Shown: piece after piece, positions 51,457-62,900 of the stretch
Layout: each line of letters opens with the position of its first letter
How positions within the stretch are numbered: position 1 is the stretch's first letter
Source: Tubulanus polymorphus
Lineage: Eukaryota; Animalia; Nemertea
Direction of reading: 5' to 3'
DNA: 64,000 bases
Assembly (NCBI RefSeq): GCF_964204645.1
Contig: NC_134029.1
Location: 4,774,001 to 4,838,000, forward strand
Translations under genes and position numbers: made by a program
The notes under the pieces: model-generated
What the model saw: the letters and a program-made list of their open reading frames with translations, nothing else
Told to the model about the DNA's origin: nothing
Databases searched by the model: none

Positions 51457-52524
51457 GTATGTTAATCTAGAAAAAACGAAAACAAAGTTTCAGTTCCCCG
51501 GGCATTTTGATCATGTAATACGCGTGACGTCACTTGTGACGACAGCGCAGTGACGTCAACATCGGGGTCCTTTTTATCGGGGAATTTACTATTTCTAATC
51601 TTCCGTACTCGTGATCAAGGTTACATAAACTAATTTCTTATCGAGCGTATGACCGGTTTAGTTCAACTTCGATATCGAAGTATTTCACACGAGTGATTTT
51701 TAAAATACTGAAAATATTTTTCATGTGAAATATCGACTGTCTTGTAGTGTTTTTGCACATCACGTGACTATCATTTCAACGGCGAAGATGAAGCGTTGAA
51801 CTCTGGACTCTCAAGGCCAGGGTTAAACGGTAATCCCTTAAGCGGAAATGACTTCATCTTTTTTAATTTAAAAGTCAATTAAAAACTGTGTAATCAAGCT
51901 TAAAAACGGTAGGACGCACGCTATCAGACAGTTCATTAAAACGTCAACCGGTGACAGACTTAAGATCATATCATTCGGCATCGGATCGTATCAGTGTTTA
52001 TTAAATTCGAAATCCGATTGCTTTGAATTTCAAATGGTGGCTGCATTGGAAGTTTCTAGATTTCCACGAAGCGCCCGCTAGAAAATCAACCCTCTTCCCA
52101 ATAGCAGAATTTTAGGGTTAGAAAAAAACAAGAGCAAATTACAAAAAGTCGTTTCTGATCAGGTATTACATAAGGCTTTTCAGTAGCACGTCATTGCATC
52201 TTCCGGTCCCGTGACGACCGGATTTAGGAGACTTCTAAGTCGCTTCCAGTGGGCGCCTATCGACTATCTGCTTAGAAAGGCAGCAGCAGCAACAGCAGCA
52301 GCAAAAGTATTCATCAAAATGGATTATAGTCGTTTCCACGCAAATGCCCTTTTTCATAATGCGTCGTTATTTCGGTCGTTATTTTGAATATTGAGAAGTA
52401 GTATGTCGTCTGTACGCCTGGTGAATTCCAACTCTCTGATGATCGTCGGCGTTTAATAAATGACCGCGCTCCCCATTTTCTGCCGCAACAGAAACCATTT
52501 CGAGACGCGCTCACTCACAACCGA

Positions 52525-53176
52525 TGTTGGGAGAGTTCTCGGTCCAACACCACGGGGTTTCGGGCTCACTCCACTGACAGGCGATGGGAGTGAGGAAGCG
52601 AGCGAGGAGGACTGTATAGGTTCTCGGACAGAAGCAAAGCAAAGGCCGGGCAGAAGCAGAAGCCAGGCGGGTCGACAAGGCAGAAGCAAAGCCAGGCGGG
52701 TCACCAGACAGAAGCAAATTTAGCGAGTCGGCCAGAGTCACGTTCCCTGGTTGAAGCAGCAAGGCAGAGTCGTCGTCCTGTCCCTTGAAGCAGCCGTTCC
52801 TTTCGTCATGAAATGACTAACTTTAAGACTTTCTTCAGACTATAGCGATTTATTTAGCGGAGAGATGTGTACAGTCAGGCTTGCATAGATGAACTGATTT
52901 TACAGGATATTTGTTGCGGCTTTTATACAAAATCAGGCTGGGAACTAATTATGATTACAATCTGTTGAGAATGTTACAAACTGTCAAAATGTTACTATAA
53001 AAAGGATTAAAATATACAAACGAGAGAACAGGCACAGTCTTAAACTAGTTAGAAACAAAATAATACACGTGTTATAGATTATGAAACGCGAGTTCACACG
53101 GGATCTCGGTGGTAACCAGGTCCACGCGCACTATAGCCATCTGGCTTTGATATAAACTGTTGTAACGGTTACAACA
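52525..53176 (-). repeat. 3' LTR (652 bp)
   Basis: TGTTGGGAGA...GGTTACAACA; adjacent polypurine tract GGCGCGGGAGGA on the minus strand (53188-53177). Confidence 0.95.
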
Positions 53177-53338
53177 TCCTCCCGCGCCAAAGTCCGGTAT
53201 AGTCCAAATACGGTAAATCACGAAAATACACGAACACGCGTAATTGTTCTTTCACGAAAACATTGATAATCGGCGGCGAATAGATGATCGGTCCAACATC
53301 GAGAGTTCGCAATAAGATGTCGGCGTGTCGCAAACAGT

Positions 53339-56300
53339 TCAGGCATCGAGTCGACAAACTTTCGTCGCCGGTCGCCTGTAGACTCCGCTTGTCGTCTTGA
53401 GTTCCACTGAGCGGACATGTCCATCGCTTCCGGGATGGACATTGATGATACGTCCGAGCGGCCACTGACCACGTGGCAGGTTGTCATCGGCGAGTAGTAC
53501 CACATCGTCGATTTGTAGGTCTCGGCTTGCGGTCTTCCATTTGGTTCGCTGGACAAGTGTCGGCAGATATTCCCGCGTCCAGCGAGCCCAGTACTGATTA
53601 GTGAGTGCCTGGGCCTGTCGCCATCGTTTTCTGGCGTTCAAATCATCAGCATCAAACACTCCGGGTGGTAGGTTCGGGTTCGTCTTGCCGAGTAGAAAAT
53701 GGCTCGGTGTTATCGCCTCCGGTTCGTCGTGGCTGGAGTTGACGTACGTCAGTGGCCTCGAATTCACGACGGCTTCGACTTCGGTAAACACGGTGTGCAG
53801 CACTTCATCGGTGACAATTTGTTTTCCCAGGACAACTTTCAAGTTTCTTTTAACGGACTGGACCAGACGTTCCCAAACTCCACCCATATGGCTAGCGGCA
53901 GGTGGGTTGAAATACCACTGGATGTGATCTTGTGACGTTGCATCGGCGATTTTCGTCTGGTTCAGCTTCGTCAACTGGTCTCGAAGTTCCTTCTCGCCAC
54001 CAGTAAAATTGGTCCCATTGTCCGAGTAGATTCTCTTTGGTTTTCCGCGTCTAGCGATGAATCGCCTAAGTGCCATTATGAAGCTGTCCGTGTCTAATGA
54101 GTACGCAACTTCCAAGTGCACAGCTCTGGTGGCCAGACACGTTACCAGCAGCCCGTATCTTTTCTCCGTCTTACGGAACTTTCTCACTTGGAGCGGTCCG
54201 AAGTAGTCGATACCGACACTGCTGAACGGGCTCGCGGTGTCGAATCTGGCAGCAGGTAGGTCGGCCATTATCGGCGGCTGTGGCTTCGCTCTTCTTTTAA
54301 TGCAGTAGGCGCATCGGCGAACGAGTTTCTTCACGGTCGAACGACATTCGGGGATCCAGAACTTCTGCCGGATTTCGTTCATCGTTACTGCTAGACCACC
54401 GTGGAACATCGGCGGCTGTGGCTTCGCTCTTCTTTTAATGCAGTAGGCGCATCGGCGAACGAGTTTCTTCACGGTCGAACGACATTCGGGGATCCAGAAC
54501 TTCTGCCGGATTTCGTTCATCGTTACTGCTAGACCACCGTGGAACATTTGGTGGTGATAGTGGTGGATGATTAGTCTCGTCACTTCGTGGTTCTTCGGCA
54601 GCAGTATCGGATGTTTCGCGGCTTCTGCGATCGGTGCGTTTTTTAAGCGACCACCAACTCTCAAGACACCGTTCTCATCAAGCTTCGGAGTTAGCGGCAG
54701 TATCTTGCTAGTTCTCGAGATTGGTCGGTGGCTTCGTAAATCAGCTATTTCCTCGCCGTACGCTGCTTCTTGTGCCGCTTTGAAAATCAGCATTTCCGCC
54801 TCTTCGAGCTCTGAAACTTTCAGCGGCTCGGTGTTCGCGACGTCTCGCTTCATCAGGATTGACTTAGCCCTGACTACTGTCGCGACGACTCGTTTGTATT
54901 TCATCCACGAGGACCATCTAGCAGGGTCTGGAAGCGTGGTTGACACTTCTGCGACGGACAGTGTGTTGACTTTCTTAACTTCGGGATCGTCTTGCAGCAT
55001 TGAGTCGACTAGCTTCGACTTCGGCCAGTTTGTGTCATCAAGTTTGAGGAATTCAGGTCCTTCTAGCCAGACGCTGGACTTGAGTTCTGTGACGGTGGCA
55101 CCTCTCGACACGATGTCAGCTGGGTTCAGACTTCCTGGGATGTGTCGCCATTGGTTTGGATGCGAGGAGTCGTGGATTTCAGCTACCCGATTGGCGATGA
55201 AGATGTGGAATCGTTTCGTTTCATTTGCGATATACTTCAGCACAATTTCGCTGTCCGACCAGAATATCGTCTCATCGATTACATAGCTGATTTCTTTGCG
55301 AATGGTGTCGGCTAGTCTCACGGCCAGGACTGCTGCTTGCATCTCTAACCTAACTATTGATAGTTTCTTCAGCGGGGCGACGCGACATCTGCTCATGACG
55401 AATGCGACTCGGACGTTGCCATCAGCGTGTTGCGTGCGAAGGTAAGCCACGGCACCGAAGGCTTTATCGGATGCGTCACAGAAGACATGTAGTTGTCGCC
55501 CGGTCGACGGCACATCTGGTGCTCGGTAACATCTCGGAATTTTCAGCATCTCAAGTTTGATCAATTCTTCGAGCCAGATCTGCCAATTTTCTAGGTCCCC
55601 ACCAGTTAGTTCATCGTTCCAGTCGAGTTTTTGACACCAAAGACGTTGCATCAGGATTTTCGCCTTAACTGTGAATGGTGCAGCAATGCCAAACGGGTCA
55701 AAAACTGATGAAACTTTGCTTAGCACTCCCCGTTTGGTAGCCGGCGTCATTGCTTCTCGGACCTTGAAACCAATCGTGTCTGACTCTGGATCCCATATCA
55801 CCCCGAGGGTACGTTCAGCGGGTAGCTGGTCGGCCATCAAATCGATCGACTGGCAGCTGACTTCGGATGGTGGTAATGCTTGCAGGACTTCACGACTGTT
55901 GCTCGTCCATTTCGTCAGTCTGAATCCACCACGTTTCACCAGCATCGTTACATCTTTTGCGCGTTGAATAGCTTTGGCGGTCGAATTTTCGGACTTCAGA
56001 AAATCGTCCATGTAGAAATGTTTTCTAATGGCTGCGGCGGTTTCTGCGTCTACTTCTGATTCATTGTCTTCTGCTGTCTTTCTTAAGACGTAATTCGCCA
56101 TGGCTGGAGAACACCGGGCGCCGAAGATTGTGACTTGCATTTCGTAGACGTCTGGCGGTCTCGTGGTATCTAAGTCTCTCCACAGAAAACTGAGGGCTGG
56201 TCGGTCCTCTTCTCGAACTTTTACTTGGTGATACATCTGCTCGATATCGGCCGTTATAGCAATCGGCTCTTCTCTGAATCTTAGCAGGATTCCTGGTAGG

Positions 56301-59212
56301 CTTTGGAGCAGATCTGGGCCGGTTATGAGTTGGTTATTCAGTGACACTCCCTGGTAAGTGGCAGCAGCGTCAAATACTACTCTGATCTTCTTCTTGTTTG
56401 GGTTTACGACGGCGTGATGCGGCAAATACCATCTCTTCTTCTGGTTAGAGGCAGCTTCAAGTGGCGTAAGTTTACGGGCGTAGCCATCGGCGATGTAAGC
56501 TGCGAATGTCTGCTTATATGCTTCTGCTTTCGCCGGGTCACGAATCAAGGACTTCTCGGTCGTTTCTAATCGGCGGTAGGCCATAGGGCGATTATTCGGT
56601 AACTGCACGTCGTCGTTCTTCCACAGCAGGCTCGTCTCGTATCTGTCACCGAGACATCTCGTTCTCTCTCGCAGGATCTTATCGGCTCTGATATCTTCTC
56701 GGGATTCGGCTACGGGCTTGTCGTACTTCGTTCCGAAAGACTCCGTTGACCACCATGCATCAAGCGTCTCGTGGATATTATCGGTCGACTTCCCGAGGCA
56801 CAATACGTTTCTTTCAGTCGTCTGTTCGGTATTCGCCATATTGCCGGTAACGGACCAGCCAAAATCGGTTCTTACGGCAATCGGTCGGCCGGGCCCTGCT
56901 GTTCTGACTTCGTGCTGGATGATGGCTTCGATGACGTTGGCTCCCAGCAGAACTTCTACTTGCCCGGATGACGTTTCTGGTATACAAATGTCACCGAAGT
57001 AATTTTCAATTATCGTTTTCTTTATCTTCGGCATCGAAACGTTCAATCTGGGTACAGCCCATGCCTCGTTGACTTCTATGACGTTGTTGACGGCTTCGGG
57101 TCCGAGCGGTTTGATTTTCATCTTAAATTTAAGCGTCTTGTACCGTTCACCGTCATTTTCGACATTGCTCAACTTCAGAAATTTTCTCTCGCCGCTGATA
57201 CCGAGTCGATCAACAAGTCTGCTACAGCACAGTGACGTTTGTGCGCCTGAGTCGAGTAGCGCATAGGTATCTTGGTGCTGACCTCCGTCGCCATAAAGTC
57301 TGACTGGAACGACTTGCAGTATGGCGTTTGACACGTTATGCTTCTGGCGGCTAGTAGTGTTGATTTCGGCTTCAGTCTCGTAGTATTCTTGGTTGTTGAC
57401 GGATGATTCATCTGATAGACACACTGCAGCGACTTCTCTCTTCGGGTACACTCGTTGACTCCCGTGTAGCAGGGGGTGATGTTTCCCCTTGCAGTTTGGC
57501 TGGGTACACGTTTTCTTGCCAGGACAGAATCTCACACGATGACCTTCTCCCAAGCAGCAGAAACATCTCTTTGACACTGCAATGTACGCTGATCTCTCGT
57601 TGACAGACTTCAGCTTAAACGTTCGACATACAGCGAGCTTATGGTCTTCGTTGCAGAGTGGACATTTAGCTTGATTCTGGGTCGTGAACATCGATCTAGT
57701 ATTCGGTCGTGGTCGGTCGAAACTTCGAGTTTCTCTTGTTTCAGTCCGCGTGGCTGGACAGTTCAATGATATCTTCACTTGCTGCGTCAACCATCTACTC
57801 AAGTCAGACAGGTTTGGGCGGCGTGGTTCAATCTCAAATACTTTCTTGCCCCATTCACGGTTGAGTTCTGGCGGTAGCTTCATTACGATTCGGCGAAGAT
57901 TCTCTACGCTTGCTAGGTCACCCTGATAGCCGAGATTCTCAAGGGTCGTCACGGCACAGTGAAGGCTAGCTTGAAATCTTTCGAGCGGTCCTGCATCACA
58001 ATTCTTCAGCGGGGGCTGTGTGAAAACTTTCTTGAGGCACGCTTTCACGACGTCTTCTTCTCGGCCGAATCTTTCTTCGAGTGATCTCAGAGCTTGGTGA
58101 TATAGTCGACCTTCGTACATCATACCGGCAATCGTCTGCTGTGCGACACCGGTCACGGCTGACTGCAAGTGCGTGATTTTCTCTGTGTTTGTAAGATCTG
58201 GTTGGTCGTCGATCAGCGCCTTAAACAAACCATACCATTTCGGCCAATCGCTTGGATCACCGTCAAACTTGTGCAAATGTATCTTCGGTACGGACTTTGA
58301 GAATAGATGGTTCGATCTTCTGCTTTGATTGGTTGGTTGGTTTCGGTTCGGCTGATATTCGGGTTGATACGACATGGACCAGTCAGGCGGCGGTATAACG
58401 GGCTGCATCGGCGGCAGAGTTCTATCGGGCTGTGACATCGGCAGGATTCTATCGGGCTGCGACATCGGCATGATTCTATCGGTCTGCGACATCGGCAGGA
58501 TTCTGTCGGGCTGCGACATCGGCAGGATTCTATCGGGCTGCGACATCGGCAGGATTCTATCGAGCTGCGACATCGGCAGGATTCTATCGGGCTGCGACAT
58601 CGGCAGGATTCTATCGGGCTGCGACATCGGCAGGATTCTATCGGGCCGCGGCATAGGCAGGATTTCGTCGTCGAAGTCACGTAGGCGATCAGCGTTTAAG
58701 ACATCTGCGTCTTGGAGGCTGGCTTCTAGCGCGGCGGCGTCGGCTTCGTCTTGAGCCTGGGCTAGCTTGGCTTGACGAGTGAGTTCATCTTGTTGACGTT
58801 CTATTTCGAGGCGACGTCTCAGTTGTTTTACTTCAAGGGCCTTCTTCTGCGCACGTACGGTGGTTGCTCGTGACGCCGCTGACGAGGCCTTTGACATGAC
58901 GGATGAGGCGTCGTCAGCTCTTGACTGCAGATAGGTCTTAATGCTAGCGACCATCTGTGTGTGCGTCTCTTCGATTTCGGTGACGTATTTCTCTGCGGCG
59001 GCTGTCTCAGTTTCATCGTTGAGGCTATCGACGTACGTGTCGTTGGCTATCGCGACATTTTCTAAGGCGTCTGCTAACTTCTGGACCAGCGACACCAACT
59101 GGGTTCGGCTGCCTCGAACTTCGATCAGCGTGGTCACTTGGTTGCAGATCCGGGTAAACGTTGCTTTTTTGCAGCCTCTGGTGGTCTTCAGTTTTCTGCT
59201 TTCTTCGGTCAT
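53339..59212 (-). CDS. BEL/Pao Gag-Pol polyprotein (1957 aa)
   Basis: Gag with three Cys/His knuckles (CPLC..H..C, CFCC..H..C, C..C..HHPLLH), protease LLDSGA, RT FYMDD, RNase H FCDAS, integrase DYFGP/SDNGTNF/WERLV, in PR-RT-RH-IN order. Confidence 0.97.
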   Translation of the reverse strand: MTEESRKLKTTRGCKKATFTRICNQVTTLIEVRGSRTQLVSLVQKLADALENVAIANDTYVDSLNDETETAAAEKYVTEIEETHTQMVASIKTYLQSRADDASSVMSKASSAASRATTVRAQKKALEVKQLRRRLEIERQQDELTRQAKLAQAQDEADAAALEASLQDADVLNADRLRDFDDEILPMPRPDRILPMSQPDRILPMSQPDRILPMSQLDRILPMSQPDRILPMSQPDRILPMSQTDRIMPMSQPDRILPMSQPDRTLPPMQPVIPPPDWSMSYQPEYQPNRNQPTNQSRRSNHLFSKSVPKIHLHKFDGDPSDWPKWYGLFKALIDDQPDLTNTEKITHLQSAVTGVAQQTIAGMMYEGRLYHQALRSLEERFGREEDVVKACLKKVFTQPPLKNCDAGPLERFQASLHCAVTTLENLGYQGDLASVENLRRIVMKLPPELNREWGKKVFEIEPRRPNLSDLSRWLTQQVKISLNCPATRTETRETRSFDRPRPNTRSMFTTQNQAKCPLCNEDHKLAVCRTFKLKSVNERSAYIAVSKRCFCCLGEGHRVRFCPGKKTCTQPNCKGKHHPLLHGSQRVYPKREVAAVCLSDESSVNNQEYYETEAEINTTSRQKHNVSNAILQVVPVRLYGDGGQHQDTYALLDSGAQTSLCCSRLVDRLGISGERKFLKLSNVENDGERYKTLKFKMKIKPLGPEAVNNVIEVNEAWAVPRLNVSMPKIKKTIIENYFGDICIPETSSGQVEVLLGANVIEAIIQHEVRTAGPGRPIAVRTDFGWSVTGNMANTEQTTERNVLCLGKSTDNIHETLDAWWSTESFGTKYDKPVAESREDIRADKILRERTRCLGDRYETSLLWKNDDVQLPNNRPMAYRRLETTEKSLIRDPAKAEAYKQTFAAYIADGYARKLTPLEAASNQKKRWYLPHHAVVNPNKKKIRVVFDAAATYQGVSLNNQLITGPDLLQSLPGILLRFREEPIAITADIEQMYHQVKVREEDRPALSFLWRDLDTTRPPDVYEMQVTIFGARCSPAMANYVLRKTAEDNESEVDAETAAAIRKHFYMDDFLKSENSTAKAIQRAKDVTMLVKRGGFRLTKWTSNSREVLQALPPSEVSCQSIDLMADQLPAERTLGVIWDPESDTIGFKVREAMTPATKRGVLSKVSSVFDPFGIAAPFTVKAKILMQRLWCQKLDWNDELTGGDLENWQIWLEELIKLEMLKIPRCYRAPDVPSTGRQLHVFCDASDKAFGAVAYLRTQHADGNVRVAFVMSRCRVAPLKKLSIVRLEMQAAVLAVRLADTIRKEISYVIDETIFWSDSEIVLKYIANETKRFHIFIANRVAEIHDSSHPNQWRHIPGSLNPADIVSRGATVTELKSSVWLEGPEFLKLDDTNWPKSKLVDSMLQDDPEVKKVNTLSVAEVSTTLPDPARWSSWMKYKRVVATVVRAKSILMKRDVANTEPLKVSELEEAEMLIFKAAQEAAYGEEIADLRSHRPISRTSKILPLTPKLDENGVLRVGGRLKNAPIAEAAKHPILLPKNHEVTRLIIHHYHHQMFHGGLAVTMNEIRQKFWIPECRSTVKKLVRRCAYCIKRRAKPQPPMFHGGLAVTMNEIRQKFWIPECRSTVKKLVRRCAYCIKRRAKPQPPIMADLPAARFDTASPFSSVGIDYFGPLQVRKFRKTEKRYGLLVTCLATRAVHLEVAYSLDTDSFIMALRRFIARRGKPKRIYSDNGTNFTGGEKELRDQLTKLNQTKIADATSQDHIQWYFNPPAASHMGGVWERLVQSVKRNLKVVLGKQIVTDEVLHTVFTEVEAVVNSRPLTYVNSSHDEPEAITPSHFLLGKTNPNLPPGVFDADDLNARKRWRQAQALTNQYWARWTREYLPTLVQRTKWKTASRDLQIDDVVLLADDNLPRGQWPLGRIINVHPGSDGHVRSVELKTTSGVYRRPATKVCRLDA
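54272..54547 (-). repeat. Exact 138-bp in-frame tandem duplication in the integrase zinc-binding region
   Basis: 54272-54409 equals 54410-54547; MFHGGLAVTMNEIRQKFWIPECRSTVKKLVRRCAYCIKRRAKPQPP appears twice. Confidence 0.95.
58400..58663 (-). repeat. 27-bp coding minisatellite in gag (about 9 copies plus a partial, ILPMSQPDR)
   Basis: Unit GCGACATCGGCAGGATTCTATCGGGCT repeated on the + strand with single-base variants. Confidence 0.95.
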
Positions 59213-59226
59213 CTTCGTTGTCTTCT

Positions 59227-59244
59227 ATCCGGTTCGAGGGACCA
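59227..59244 (-). promoter_or_regulatory. Primer binding site, probably tRNA-Tyr
   Basis: TGGTCCCTCGAACCGGAT, 5 nt inside the 5' LTR; resembles the tRNA-Tyr PBS TGGTCCTTCGAGCCGG common in BEL/Pao elements. Confidence 0.75.
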
Positions 59245-59249
59245 GTTAA

Positions 59250-59901
59250 TGTTGGGAGAGTTCTCGGTCCAACACCACGGGGTTTCGGGCTCACTCCACT
59301 GACAGGCGATGGGAGTGAGGAAGCGAGCGAGGAGGACTGTATAGGTTCTCGGACAGAAGCAAAGCAAAGGCCGGGCAGAAGCAGAAGCCAGGCGGGTCGA
59401 CAAGGCAGAAGCAAAGCCAGGCGGGTCACCAGACAGAAGCAAATTTAGCGAGTCGGCCAGAGTCACGTTCCCTGGTTGAAGCAGCAAGGCAGAGTCGTCG
59501 TCCTGTCCCTTGAAGCAGCCGTTCCTTTCGTCATGAAATGACTAACTTTAAGACTTTCTTCAGACTATAGCGATTTATTTAGCGGAGAGATGTGTACAGT
59601 CAGGCTTGCATAGATGAACTGATTTTACAGGATATTTGTTGCGGCTTTTATACAAAATCAGGCTGGGAACTAATTATGATTACAATCTGTTGAGAATGTT
59701 ACAAACTGTCAAAATGTTACTATAAAAAGGATTAAAATATACAAACGAGAGAACAGGCACAGTCTTAAACTAGTTAGAAACAAAATAATACACGTGTTAT
59801 AGATTATGAAACGCGAGTTCACACGGGATCTCGGTGGTAACCAGGTCCACGCGCACTATAGCCATCTGGCTTTGATATAAACTGTTGTAACGGTTACAAC
59901 A
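59250..59901 (-). repeat. 5' LTR (652 bp)
   Basis: No differences from the 3' LTR seen by eye. Confidence 0.95.
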
Positions 59902-62900
59902 ACCGATGTTTAATCTTTGGAAATAATTTTCTACAATTACGGCTGAGAAAATTGGATATTTGAAGAGCTTTGCTCTCCTTGGGCGAGTTTTCCCATTAAC
60001 CAATTTTGATGAAGAGTCGTTCCCTGTATCTGAAAGCGAGTGTGTTGCAGTGGTTGAACGGGGGAAGGCGAATGAAAATGAAATCAAACCATGTAGTAGG
60101 TTTCAAGCTAGAATATCACTAGTTAAACAGCAAATAGTGTGAGATTTACAGAGCTCTGTCAGACTCTCCTTGAAATATCATTGTTATGTTTAAGTATTTT
60201 CCGTACAATATGATACATGATACATTATACAATATTATAATGAATGATCAATTATTTTGAAATGACATCGTACGGTTCCGAGGAATCCACTAGCCGACAT
60301 GCTGTACACAGAATTAAGACATTGAAGCCTGTATATACATAACTAAGATAGCAAAATAATTCTCAGAGAAGTCAAAGCGCACGTTTTTTTTATACTATCG
60401 TCACTTCTAACGGAAAATCATTTTTTCCATCGAAATTCCTGTCCCGCGGGCGTCGCTTTCATCAGAGCTGATAACATTTTGTTATTAGACGAATATGTTC
60501 TGTCGGTTCACACGTCGCCCCGTCGAAAAAAAAGTGAAAAAAAATGTTTGAAATAATTTGATACTTTAGAGTTTAGAGTTAACTCGCGCACGCGTGTAGT
60601 GTATATTGATATCTCTCTACGAGAGAGGCGCACGTTTATAGAGATTCTGAATCCAGCCTCCAGCTATGAGCGCGGCAGCATTCAAACTGCGGTGATCTTA
60701 TCGTAAATCTGCTTCCGATTTCATAATATATTTTAATCTAGTTGATTCTCTACCTGACGATCACTCAGTTATACGATATCGCTGTGAATTCAATCCGCGC
60801 TCATAGAACGAAATTCGATTAATCAAATATCGTGGTTATGGTCTATACCCGGAAATTCTTCAGAGTCGGCCTTCAAATTCATCTTGAGTCATTTTTAGGT
60901 TTCCTGTTGCTGCTTTACTCCACAGGGTGGGTTCGAACTACTTTTGGCCACAGTTTTTTATCATGTCGCACTGTTGCACATTTAAGAAACGAACTTTACA
61001 TAATTGAGAACTAGAGATTCACGCGGTTAGAATGTTGCCAAAGATGTCGCAATTCATCTAAGGACCGGTGAAATGTGCGAGAACAGGCGTCATATACAAT
61101 TTTCACAATCGAAGAACAAAATGTCCCGAACAAAATGTTGGCTAGCAACTGAAAACGATTCATCGAAGAGTATCAGACAAACAAACTTGGGCGAATTAAG
61201 AAAAACCTTCTTCGTTTTACACTCCACTCTCTTTTCTTTTTTTAGTGAAATCATAGACCCTGGGAGAGACTGACAAATGTGACGCTTAAAATGAACCTCT
61301 AATTACACTGTCTGCCCTGCACCCTCTGCGGATATCTCGGTGTAAATTGCCTGTAATTTGTTTTATCAGTCGAGTGAATTCTCCTGTTAGGTTAACCACC
61401 ACAGGGATTAGTTTATATATCAGCAGATGCGAGGTGAACTTTTCAAATCACCGCATCTGAAGCCGTTTACACCGTCACATAGCTAATGGTACATTCGAAT
61501 CCGAATTCTTCAGCGGTCACTGCAGCATTAGGCATTATATAAAATCTAATTCTGGCTGATGTCAATATAAAGTATAGTAATTCAAAATTGGTAAACTTGA
61601 ATGAATTCTTTGATAATTGGGTAAACAGTTCAGAGTGATTTAAACGTCCACCCCGGAGGTCACGTACGCCAGTAGGAAATGCGGTAAATGTAAGAACCAT
61701 CTCCGACGATCGGACCACGACTTCATCAGACATTTCCATGTATGAAAATTCGTTCACGTATGATTGCTATTATTGTCGCACCAATCAGATCCCGTTAGCA
61801 GACGTCTGTTCGTTTAAAGAATCGATCGACGTGATTAAAAATCGAAATGAAAATTGATAAGGTCTTGATGTGTCGCCGAGTGAGTTCTTCACCGGCGGAA
61901 TCGGAAGAGCGCGTCATGTTTTCCTGTCTTTTATCGGCCGGTTTCAATCTAACTCAACAGCGTAGTGAACGTTATTCCATCACTGAACACCATAATCATC
62001 TCACAACTTGCAGACGGGGAAAGATGCACACTTCAGTTTCGTTGTGCAATAATTTTCATCTCACTTCAGCTCGGACGAAGTAGAGATTCTTCACATTTTT
62101 TTTCTGCGTGTGCGATTACATGGAAACGATATATCGACGTATTATTAGCCAAATTAGTTACCGAACGATCTATTTTTGGTAACGCGTCAGCGTCAGTCTG
62201 ATGTCCATATCGCCCATTCTCATCGCAAACATACAGAAGTCTGGATAGGTCCTTTTTTAATCATTCGGAGTACGAATTTTTTAGGAAAAAAATTGGAGGG
62301 ATAAGAAAAGAGAAAATTCATTGTTTTATATGATTTTATTGGTAGAATTCTGGATGGTTTTCTATCACAGCTGTTAGTTTGAAAAAAAAGACATTCGAGT
62401 CAGCTGGAAGGACGTCGAGTAGAAAATATCGCACTTTACTGGACATTGAAAACAGTTTCATGGAAAAATGGTACTTCGTCAACAGCCACGATGTTGAAAT
62501 TCCATTGAACAAGCTTTTGAGAGATCGACATTTTCTGATTTCCTACTGGGAGATTTTCCATTATTCATCACCACATCCTCCACGCTTTAGGGGTGTTCAT
62601 TCAACAATCCAGCGTTGAATAAGAATCAGGCTCCGTTTTGAAATGCATCTAAATTATAATGACCCCGACTGAAATTTCGTTGATTTCCGACTGAACCAGA
62701 ACCACCACGCGATGGTGCTAGAAATTCCTAACACGTCTTCGATTCGAATTTCGAACGTCATCGTCAACTATTACAATCTGAAGTCAATTTGATGTTCATG
62801 GTTTTCCATATGAACAACAATTTCAGGCTATTGAATGCGCGGGGATGCGGCATTAGCGTGATAGTCAAGTGAATGCCAAACTATTCGATCAATTTTATAG

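Larger units (their letters stand above)
52525..59901 (-). mobile_element. Full-length BEL/Pao LTR retrotransposon
   Basis: Two 652-bp TG...CA LTRs, 5-bp TSD ACCGA (52520-52524, 59902-59906), PBS, PPT and a single intact gag-pol ORF. Confidence 0.97.

Noticed and set aside
54567-55286. 239-aa + strand ORF
   Set aside because: Antisense shadow of pol with no recognisable domain.
58400-58663. Regular repeats superficially like a CRISPR array
   Set aside because: Head-to-tail repeats without unique spacers, coding, in a eukaryotic retrotransposon.
58213-58754. Cys-rich repeat ORFs (ESCRCRSPI, GRILSGCDI)
   Set aside because: Alternative-frame and antisense shadows of the gag minisatellite.
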